A DNA stretch of 64,000 nt from a virus (taxonomy: Duplodnaviria; Heunggongvirae; Uroviricota; Caudoviricetes), in IMG/VR virus record IMGVR_UViG_3300008108_000013. One strand, given 5' to 3'. The notes beneath the pieces are model-generated. The model worked only from the letters and a program-made list of their open reading frames with translations. It made no database searches and was not told the DNA's origin. How positions within the stretch are numbered: position 1 is the stretch's first letter; each line of letters begins with the position of its first letter. A program made the position numbers and the translations under genes. Positions 50,301-56,173 of the stretch are shown in pieces.

Positions 50301-50827
50301 TAGACGGAGCACTAACTGTTGCAGGTGGTGTTGGTATTTCACAAAACTTAAATGTTGGAGCAACTACAGTAATTGATGGAACTTTAACTGTAACTAATAC
50401 CGGTTTTGTAAAACTAGCTACAGGTACAACATTTGAAAGACCAGTAACACCATCGACTGGTATGATTAGATTTAACACTTCAACAGTATCGTTCGAAGGT
50501 TATAACGGTACACAGTGGACAGGAGTTGGCGGAGGTAATCCGTGGGCAGTTAAGACCAGCAATTATACAGCAGTAAATAATGATAGATTATTAATTAATA
50601 CCTCAGCTGGTCCAATAACAATTACATTACCGTTGGTACCTACCATAGGGGATCAAATCAAATTTATTGACGCATCTGGTACTTTTGATTTTAATAATCT
50701 AATAATAGATAGAAACGGACAACCAATTATGGGAGATACAGCTAATATGACAGTAAGTTCACGAAACGCGGCGTTTACGTTGGTTTACTATAATTCAGTA
50801 TTTGGATGGAGATTAGGAGACGCATAA
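41321..50827 (+). CDS. Giant (3168 aa) multi-domain virion fibre/appendage protein
   Basis: N-terminal W...Y..GD.V.YGG..Y.C...H repeats (CBM5/12-like), a pectin-lyase-like region, many G.GY..P.V repeats, helical C.RD.G repeats and a C-terminal fibre module. Confidence 0.8.
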   Translation: MAEFKLGRLRFVWKGTWTSGTAYVKDDIVKYGGTSYVCMAGHTANADFNVDITANKWQIMSAGQQWVSTPWTVSTSYKLNDLVKYGGNIYVCTSNHTSSSVTNGGFYTDETSGKWDLFSSGNEWKGIWLPSTYYKLGDLVKYNGITYVCSIPHLSETGVYSGESIDYINIVSGGLDYTSGLSLAFSAPELVGGTLPSATITVNGAGTITGITFSSYGSGYTSTPTVSVQGPTAGAGANLQAIITSSFVDGLESDLNKWEVFSEGFKWRGDWNGSQIPASRVATSYAVNDVVKFGASLYICATAHTSSASAFEENKWETFVEGLQFEDSWSAITEYQVGDIVTYGGYAYVAIARNTSQIPPNSAGFWNLLTTGFNNRSRYESTQTYKVGDLVLYGGNTFVAIEEVTTNETPNSAAAKWEKITDGFRWREDWDPTPTEATYKIGDVVKYSASTYLCIAEHVPSDVGTTITATATSSTGNQVTVSDSSLLNENQPITFTGTGFGNLNNGVTYYVKTVVDGTHITLSESLGGSTKVLLTATGSLTGTFTSRPDQDTGIFWDSFAEGDANNVLLRRGDLVTRNAIQNVRLAKGQTGSFLKAGDQDLEWDLVGRITRVFYVSTDGVDASTRGTTLSDPWRTIKYACDYVRTQVVPTVDQPAVIMVKTGVYSEEFPISVPKYTSLVGDELRMSIVQPTADTSGNDKFYMRDSTTIRNFTFRGATGANLDNGLTDTYTDANQYGTRRPTGGAWVSLDPGTGPNDENVWVGQRSPYIQNVTLFGDYCVGQKIDGSLHNGGNKSITSNDFTCVLSNSVGAWCLNQGRAELVSVFTYYGYIGYLCEAGGVIRATNGNNSYGDYGSVSEGVDPTEISRTSSVDNRRLNAIVDRVQTDGADKVIYLEYLNAGEEYTTATYGFTGSGVGNTIITTPVIQDGGVCEVRILDDGENYTSVTNNAQAGTNLDIRLGAADIALTNAYVGERIIIIDGAGSGQYAYITSFDGGSKLCTLGMESFTPLIVTNTTSSTNRLTVANTSTLSADMPFTLTETAFGGLATATQYYVKAVISGTQFTAYTDTVTKTEITLTTATGEMHLHKSGWDTFVEGITETFTGATRANPVEITTTVPHAFYTGMEVSISGVVGMTQLNGNTYYVSKTGSSTFTLYSDPTLLVSVDGTAYTTYISGGTGVGKQPVLEFLNTTSRYVIEPRVVVGTGSGASATAVQTQGISTIAVSTGGGGFTIPPQVIISGDGTGSGGFGATATSTIEGEVESVLILDRGTGYASPPTLTFVGGGLPNGSPDHATATATITSTIKTVEVTDGGTGFTTPPSVTVSGTGGSGAIISAQISNVVGGVTLTGGTNSGGSGYTSAPTVEFIGGEPLVFAEGTAVLDAEVTTITVQEGGSGYDDTTTCLLLGGGGFGATADVEVDFGNYVAGVTPGVITGIIVTNNGTGYATPPAVVISGTGVDAVATSNIEGSVSSITITNPGRGYQTTPTITFASTSGAGAQGTVTLTGSVISLTVVDGGTGWVGTPTLGFSGGGGINATANVTAMDSVLGEVTLTSSGTGYTSNPAISVTGGITFPARSAILRSRIDGIVQTVTVTDPGGSYNTSPLITFAAGNQFKTPFAGNRYYVNASARIAIGISQKDQTLAGIERLRVVARAVVQNLAPASVFQTAVTRVTGTAGPSGIEDAVDVWTKSVYYTIQNGENYTNAKSLILANREWIRAEVMEFWDSFYPGVATATWSRDVGLMIDAIATDIGYRGVDYTILAGLKQIFLGTARTTNLAAAVSGIEFIRDLVIDIIENTVVTAPLTGIAITGTTGTTNRITAADTSMLSEGDNVIFIGTAFGGLSANTVYYVKDIISSTEFTVSTTVDGSAVVLSTASGTLTLSMQYIDDTLTLETGSTTAAENLFNFTIEILEAGTLASSSGFASVAGLLLANKQFIKAEVIAYINTTYEDFDYNQTLCARDVGYIVDAISYDLVNAEDNNPSVTSSTTGVISSITVNDGGIGYSSGTVITITGGGPAVTTTATATPIINSLTGTITGFTMTEKGAGYSATPSVVITPDPGTGAFIRAKIVGGNVNSMTIISPGSGYLAGPNIRLIDANNTSDARFIVRTADGVLDQPRFTSRGTGFTAADALVDGDGYADIAQVGQFVYVDNLTNIPTPGANIQFEDSDQYYKLVTIREVLGPSGIIGARNILLENKEFIQWEILSYLNDFTYDTVKCSRDIGIIIDALTDDYTYEGNTRLLAVLYQHQRGIFDLFDQQRIQTASALQELQDLINDELSEDPTDPFSVARNLDFLIEWVKNGTAYEAIPSLNMPNGNFDTQDDRAKNCILANLTFIAKQTTAWMVNNSKIVGFTDATFEAEIRQIAISVAYDLTYTGNVQTVEFGKSCFVDGNLTIPGVPGTSAAAKADYLDMLTYLNTLLQDIGENNNVTPESGNTTAQDTTLPGGDTASSGRISTLMTGFSAIINNGFAGSGVTLTNSNFTGFNITSRNAIQGVKSTLQSDIVTYVTNTFVNFTYDQDVCFRDTGLIVQAFADDIFGDVAKTIEAGQRYYAATAALVLSDQRPQTLAALNQIDFIVQKLIRNQTYTRTQTNAFQVRFPSITNGDEASEHLADLARIIRRILEYGEFLNDVKQLLLDNKAFIQAETVAFVSASYENLNYDVGLCYRDVGLIVDAIAYDIYGGLSRSREVGLRYYQSESALRAITGEQYAPTIAAMNYAKDIIQAVFNNEDPDIRFQEVESRVSDPTVVFNIDQLVVDEKIDTCFTTIISVINNGPSSLPEGRYSARLQISPPLTIETAPAHATPMVIRSRYSQVRLTGHDFLNIGTGNKNDTNYPGIPLNAPNQNNEIVEQGGGRVFYTSTDQDGNFRVGELFKVEQSTGIATLNADAFNLSGLNELTLGGVNLGGSGATINEFSTDGTFFANSDSIVPTQKAIKTYIQSALGSGGGNIAVNAVTAGDVFITGKEIDTVGGARLTILSDDGLSIESLVNSTSIIDGALTVAGGVGISQNLNVGATTVIDGTLTVTNTGFVKLATGTTFERPVTPSTGMIRFNTSTVSFEGYNGTQWTGVGGGNPWAVKTSNYTAVNNDRLLINTSAGPITITLPLVPTIGDQIKFIDASGTFDFNNLIIDRNGQPIMGDTANMTVSSRNAAFTLVYYNSVFGWRLGDA

Positions 50828-52458
50828 TGGGCGATTATTCAAAATATAAAAACGTTAATACCGTATTCGGCGGTGCCTCAGGCATTGTAGTTCCGAGAGG
50901 AACTACAGCAGAACGAGACTCAACCTTAGGGACTGGACAAGTTCGGTATAATACCGATCTTGGTCTCCTTGAACAATACAATGATTTAGGATGGCAATCA
51001 GTTGATGCACCTCCTACAATCACTAACATTAGTGGTACAATTAATGAAAATACTAATTCTACTATAACAGTTACTGGTAGTAATTTTAAAACAGGAGCAA
51101 CAATATTTGTTACTGGCGCAGGTGTTAGTGGTATTGAAAGAGCTACCGCTACGACCTTCGTTAGTTCAAGTTCGTTGACTTTTGCTACTAATGCAACAGC
51201 AGTTAATTACGTTGGGGGTGCAACATTTGGTATCAAGGTAGTTAACAGTTCTGGTCTTTCTGGTATATTAGATCCTGCAGGAACTGTTGACCGAGATCCT
51301 GTATGGTCAACAGCCGCAGGAACTTACACAGTATTTGATAGTGCAAGAAGTACAGGATTAACTTTTTCAGCATCAGATCCCGACGGCGGAACTATAACAT
51401 ACTCATTAGCCAGCGGATCTTTACCGGCTGGTGCAACTTTAAATGCAAGCACAGGAGTAATAAGCGGTTTTTCAGCAGTCGGTAGCGATACGTCAAGTCC
51501 TATTACACTTAGAGCAACATCATCGATAGGATCTCAAACAGCTGATAGAAACTTCACCATTGTTGTTAAAGCGCCGGTAGTTACATCGTTTACATCAACA
51601 GGGTCTTCCACATTTTCAGTACCAACGGGTATTACCGCTGTACAGGTATTAGTTGTTGGAGCCGGTGGCGGCAGTGCAGGTATCGGCGGCGGCGCAGGCG
51701 GCGGCGGCGTAGTTTATCATGCAACTTATCCAGTTACACCCGGTGGATCTGTTCCTGTTACCGTAGGAACTGGTGGCGCATCAGGCGGAAATTATCCTGG
51801 GCCTAGTGGATCTAATGGTGGGTCCTCAACGTTTGGCGTATTAACGGCGTTAGGTGGAGCTGGCGCGGCATCATGGAATACAGCAATACCTAATACAGGC
51901 GGCGGCTGCGGAGCAGGAGCAAGTAGCCACGGATATCCTGGCACAAATAACGGTAGTACCGCTAGCCAACCTAGTCAGTCTAATCCCGGTGCTAGTTATA
52001 ATGCAGGGTTTCCGGGTGCCAAAGGCGGCACGGACGGATCGTCAAACAGCACTACAGGTGCTGGACAATACTCGGGAGGCGGTGGTGGTGGTGCAAGCCA
52101 AGCCGGCGGACACCCAAGTCAGACAGGCCCTGGAAACACTTCAGAAAATACTAGTGCAGGCCGCAAAGGCGGCGACGGATACCAGTCAAGCATTACTGGT
52201 ACTGCTACCTACTACGGTGGCGGTGGTGGCGGAAGTAATCACCAAAGTGGATACACTACACCAGTAAGCTATGCACAGGGCGGCGCCGGTGGAGGAGGTC
52301 GAGGCGGATCGCCGGATTATAGTCACCCTGCATATCCCGGTGGCGGCGAACCTGGAACTACTAATCGTGGTGGCGGTGGTGGTGGTGGCTTCTATAGTGG
52401 AGGTGGAACTGCCGGAGGCGGTTCGGGTGGCCCTGGAATCGTTATTGTTAGATATTAA
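50827..52458 (+). CDS. Glycine-rich fibre/adhesin protein with Ig-like (IPT/He_PIG-type) domains
   Basis: Start reassigned to the ATG overlapping the upstream TAA. PTITNIS..ITVTGSNF and YSLASGSLPAGATLNASTGVISG Ig motifs; Gly-rich C-terminus ending GGPGIVIVRY. Confidence 0.75.
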   Translation: MGDYSKYKNVNTVFGGASGIVVPRGTTAERDSTLGTGQVRYNTDLGLLEQYNDLGWQSVDAPPTITNISGTINENTNSTITVTGSNFKTGATIFVTGAGVSGIERATATTFVSSSSLTFATNATAVNYVGGATFGIKVVNSSGLSGILDPAGTVDRDPVWSTAAGTYTVFDSARSTGLTFSASDPDGGTITYSLASGSLPAGATLNASTGVISGFSAVGSDTSSPITLRATSSIGSQTADRNFTIVVKAPVVTSFTSTGSSTFSVPTGITAVQVLVVGAGGGSAGIGGGAGGGGVVYHATYPVTPGGSVPVTVGTGGASGGNYPGPSGSNGGSSTFGVLTALGGAGAASWNTAIPNTGGGCGAGASSHGYPGTNNGSTASQPSQSNPGASYNAGFPGAKGGTDGSSNSTTGAGQYSGGGGGGASQAGGHPSQTGPGNTSENTSAGRKGGDGYQSSITGTATYYGGGGGGSNHQSGYTTPVSYAQGGAGGGGRGGSPDYSHPAYPGGGEPGTTNRGGGGGGGFYSGGGTAGGGSGGPGIVIVRY

Positions 52459-52484
52459 TCGACGTTATAAATTAAGGACAAAAG

Positions 52485-52703
52485 ATGAAAACATTTTCTT
52501 ACGAAAAAGATCCAGGAGAAGTGCATATTAATTTATACGCTGAGAATGGATATCATATGCTAAAGCTAGATTTCCCCACACAGGGAGATGCTGAAGCATT
52601 GTTTGAGAGCGAGTTTAGTAAATATCTATCAGCTCTTAATTATCCTCAATTAACACCTGAGGAAATTGCGAGCTGTAGATTAATGCTAGAAAATAATAGA
52701 TAA
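52485..52703 (+). CDS. Hypothetical protein
   Basis: 72-aa ORF with an AAGGA RBS that fills the gap before the convergent halogenase. Confidence 0.55.
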   Translation: MKTFSYEKDPGEVHINLYAENGYHMLKLDFPTQGDAEALFESEFSKYLSALNYPQLTPEEIASCRLMLENNR

Positions 52704-54302
52704 TTAAGAATTATCCTTGTGGATATTTTCTTTTAAAAATTGGTGGAGAGATATTTCTTTTTCAGAATTTCTCCACCAATTCATTTGAGCTTGCTCTCTT
52801 GATGTAAACGCCTGAGCAAACTTGTCCTTAGTAGCAACACCTTCGATAAATTCAGCGTTTCTTTGATTTAGTACATCTATAATATGGTGGTTCATCCCAG
52901 TTGCGATCCAAACTAATCCAGCGGCCGGATCAATGTTAGCTTGCCACATTTTATTATTATGATAATGGTTAAATCCTACAGCCATAGACGGCACTAAATC
53001 TGTCATTCCTTTGTCATATACCCTATCATTGTTGGCCTTCCAATATGCCGTATCATCTCGTTTACTAAATGCATAATGCATAGCCACAAATTCAGCAAAA
53101 TTTTGAAAAACACCTCTACAGGCAGTATTGTACACATCTCGATCAAATTGATTCACCGAACCCGATGCTAGGGTTTTAACTAATCTATCTAAGAACACAT
53201 GCACTGAAAAAAGTCCGTTGCTTTCTAAAGGTTCGATAAATCCTGCGCTTAACCCGATCGCAACTACGTTTTTAACAAAGAGTTTTCGATGTATACCAAC
53301 TCGCATCGGAATATCTTTATACTCATAAGAATCTACTTCTTCTCTTGAGCGAGGGCATATCATATTAGCACTCATTAGATGTTGTTTAAATTCTTCTAAT
53401 GCATCTTCTTTGCTAGTAAATCTATCGCTATAAACATAGCCAGTGCCTAGCCTTGACCAGATTGGAATGTTCCACACCCAACCATTACCTAAGGCTGTAC
53501 AATTAGTATAAGGCTCTAATTCTTTGTCTTTGTCTTTGTAAGGTATTCTAGTAGCCCAAGCTCGATTATTAGGTAACATATCACTATAAGAAATAAATTC
53601 TTCTTTTAACGAATCACCTAATAATAAGCTCTTCCAACCAGTGCAATCAACAAAAAGATCACTAGTAACTACACCACCAGATGCTAACTCTAATTGCTCA
53701 ATACCAATGTCTGAAACTTTAACATTTGTTACGGTATCACTGATTAATTTAACACCTCTCGGTAGACAGTATCCTTCCTTCAACCAAAGACCAAATTTAG
53801 TAGCGTCAAAATGGAAGGCTGTGTGTTTTTTTGGATCAAACTTACCGTATTTTTTTGAAGTATTTAAACTAAATTTACTGTTCTCGTAGAGTGCCGCCGA
53901 TGGGTAGTAATATCTTGCAAATGTATCGTTAGTTAGATTAGGATATACCGCTTTCTTATAAAACCAATCTTCGATACCCTGCACAGTACCGTCTAATTCA
54001 GGGTCTCCAAATGGATAATGGAATCCGCCACTGTTTTTTTCATAAAAGTTAGTAAACTTAATGCTCATCTTATAACTGGCATCAGTTTTAGACATAAAAT
54101 CCTGTTCGTCGATGCCTAAAAATGCACAATAATTTCTAATACCCAATAAGGTACTTTCGCCTACGCCAACTGTAGGGTAGTCCGGACTTTCGATGACAGA
54201 TATATCATAATCTGGAAAAAATTTAATTAGCATAGCAGCCGACATCCATCCGGCACTGCCACCACCTACGATAACTATTTTTTTTAAATTTTTAATAATC
54301 AC
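52704..54302 (-). CDS. Flavin-dependent halogenase (tryptophan halogenase/PrnA family)
   Basis: GGGSAG FAD motif, VGVGEST, catalytic-Lys region ASYKMSIKF, WVWNIP (WxWxIP) and GFIEPLESNG. Confidence 0.92.
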   Translation of the reverse strand: MIIKNLKKIVIVGGGSAGWMSAAMLIKFFPDYDISVIESPDYPTVGVGESTLLGIRNYCAFLGIDEQDFMSKTDASYKMSIKFTNFYEKNSGGFHYPFGDPELDGTVQGIEDWFYKKAVYPNLTNDTFARYYYPSAALYENSKFSLNTSKKYGKFDPKKHTAFHFDATKFGLWLKEGYCLPRGVKLISDTVTNVKVSDIGIEQLELASGGVVTSDLFVDCTGWKSLLLGDSLKEEFISYSDMLPNNRAWATRIPYKDKDKELEPYTNCTALGNGWVWNIPIWSRLGTGYVYSDRFTSKEDALEEFKQHLMSANMICPRSREEVDSYEYKDIPMRVGIHRKLFVKNVVAIGLSAGFIEPLESNGLFSVHVFLDRLVKTLASGSVNQFDRDVYNTACRGVFQNFAEFVAMHYAFSKRDDTAYWKANNDRVYDKGMTDLVPSMAVGFNHYHNNKMWQANIDPAAGLVWIATGMNHHIIDVLNQRNAEFIEGVATKDKFAQAFTSREQAQMNWWRNSEKEISLHQFLKENIHKDNS

Positions 54303-54622
54303 TTCGACCCTTTAATTATAGAAACAAGATTTTCTATCTTTCGAATATCATCGCATATTGCAACAATCGGATAGTCCATGTCTTGATTTAAATCAACCAT
54401 CATTCCCTGTACAGTTGGAAAAACATTTGCTTCTTTACAATATTTAAAAAATTCACTAGTCTCCGGATCAAATCTTGGTCGGACAACTAGGCCAAATTTT
54501 TCTTTGATTACGTCAGACATTACATGGTTACCCATTTCTTCACATAACCTAGCAATCTCTTCAGCTGTTGCCTTGTGCTCTTCTTTCATATTCCCGTAAT
54601 CAAATATAGCGACTCTAGTCAT
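54299..54622 (-). CDS. Hypothetical protein in the halogenase cassette
   Basis: AAGGAG RBS; GTGA overlap with the halogenase start. Confidence 0.7.
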   Translation of the reverse strand: MTRVAIFDYGNMKEEHKATAEEIARLCEEMGNHVMSDVIKEKFGLVVRPRFDPETSEFFKYCKEANVFPTVQGMMVDLNQDMDYPIVAICDDIRKIENLVSIIKGSK

Positions 54623-54637
54623 TGCTTCTCCTTAATT

Positions 54638-55297
54638 TTATAATCTTTTAAATTTTCCAGGAATTCCAATCATAGGTCTCCCGTCATACAGCTCTCTAAG
54701 TTCTCCCGATTTATCGTTGTAGTGTAAAAATACCTGAGAGTGGTGTAATCCAAGGAATCGATCTCTCCAATGTTCCACATCACATCCTCGATAAATGATA
54801 GCATCTCCTGGATTTAGACTTATCGGCAATCCTTCGGGCCTGTCTTTAGATTCAACAAACATAGGCCAATTATAATTAGGATATTTTGAGAGATCAACAT
54901 TTGAATTATTATAACCTAAGCACATGGTTACAGAAACTTCACAAGAATCTCTATCCTTATGTTTTTCTAAAATATTATCTTTTTGATACAAGCGCCAATA
55001 GCTATAGTTTGGCTGTAGATCTAACCCAGTGGCAGACTCAATAGCAGTAGTGCAATTGACTAGTAAAGTGTCCATAAGAGGATCACCGTACTTTTTAAAA
55101 GTACCAGCGACTTGTATATCACCGAAATCTCCATCCCAGTCTTCGCTATACTCGTTTTTAGAGTGCATTAGTTTAAAATCAATGCTTTGTACTACCGTAA
55201 TGGTATAGGCATATAGCATGTTAGCTATTTCTCGAGAAACTAAATTCTCAATTACTACATAACCATTCTTTTGAAAAAATTCTTGGGGTGTACTCAT
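54638..55297 (-). CDS. 2OG-Fe(II) oxygenase-like protein
   Basis: YWRLY...LEKHKDRDSCEVSVT (HxD), PGDAIIYRGCDVEHWR (distal H), QVFLHY. Start at the ATGA overlap. Confidence 0.85.
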   Translation of the reverse strand: MSTPQEFFQKNGYVVIENLVSREIANMLYAYTITVVQSIDFKLMHSKNEYSEDWDGDFGDIQVAGTFKKYGDPLMDTLLVNCTTAIESATGLDLQPNYSYWRLYQKDNILEKHKDRDSCEVSVTMCLGYNNSNVDLSKYPNYNWPMFVESKDRPEGLPISLNPGDAIIYRGCDVEHWRDRFLGLHHSQVFLHYNDKSGELRELYDGRPMIGIPGKFKRL

Positions 55298-56049
55298 TTC
55301 CACGGTTCTCCTAATGCCCACAATACTAAACTGTACCTAGTTCCCTGTGTCACCGGGGTAACACAATGGTCAATAAAACTCGGAAACACAACGATAGAGC
55401 CTTGGGGTCTTATTTCTTCACACTCATGGAATCGATTGCCAAATGCATGTGGTCCAAAATCGAACTTAAGATTCCCGCCTTCGTACTCACCGGGCTTATT
55501 GAGGTTAATAGTCATGCTTAGTTTTCTAACTTTTCCAACCATTTTGGGATCAGTTACATACCCTGATGGTAGTTTGCCGTCTGGAGTAAGAGGTTCGGGA
55601 GTTATTCCATATAGATATCTTCTGTATTTGCCAAGATGATCACTGTCACCGTCTCGATGCCATCCGTAAAACTGGCCGGGTTTATATACAGTAAATTGAA
55701 AATTTTCCGAATAGTCCCAGCTCCAATTCCAACCGGCCAGGATATTAGCTTGTTCTACAAACGGAGTAAGTAAATCATACAACCACTGCTGATCTAACCA
55801 ACTAACGTTGCTGTCTCGGACATAGAATTTATCAACACCCTGCCCCTCCATGTCCTGTACTGTTAAATCGCCCTGAGGTGGACTATCAGGCATTGATTTC
55901 TTTTCTTTATTTCCAAAAGTGTATGCTTCAGTACTGTGTCCCTTGGACTCTTCTTCCTGCATTTTTGTTAGCCCTAGATCAATGATTCGATCACATGTTT
56001 CTGGGCTTATCGCACTTTTAAAAAAATAGTATGAATTCTTAAGTTGCAT
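55294..56049 (-). CDS. 2OG-Fe(II) oxygenase, prolyl-4-hydroxylase/PKHD-like
   Basis: FYGWHRD, RKLSMTINL...YEGGNL, GSIVVFPSFIDHCVTPVTQGTRYSLVLW. Start at MQLKN with an AAGGA RBS. Confidence 0.9.
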   Translation of the reverse strand: MQLKNSYYFFKSAISPETCDRIIDLGLTKMQEEESKGHSTEAYTFGNKEKKSMPDSPPQGDLTVQDMEGQGVDKFYVRDSNVSWLDQQWLYDLLTPFVEQANILAGWNWSWDYSENFQFTVYKPGQFYGWHRDGDSDHLGKYRRYLYGITPEPLTPDGKLPSGYVTDPKMVGKVRKLSMTINLNKPGEYEGGNLKFDFGPHAFGNRFHECEEIRPQGSIVVFPSFIDHCVTPVTQGTRYSLVLWALGEPWK

Positions 56050-56079
56050 GTACAACAATTCCTTATAAAATACCACAGA

Positions 56080-56150
56080 TATTTATGAAGAAAACTGTGT
56101 AAAACTCATTGTTTTGATCTAATAACGCCTAACCAAAAAAGTAATAAATA
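56080..56150. promoter_or_regulatory. Divergent late promoters (ATAAATA - at 56080-86; ATAAATA + at 56144-50)
   Basis: One motif faces each operon in the intergenic gap. Confidence 0.7.
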
Positions 56151-56173
56151 TAAGAATAAAGGAATCTATAATA

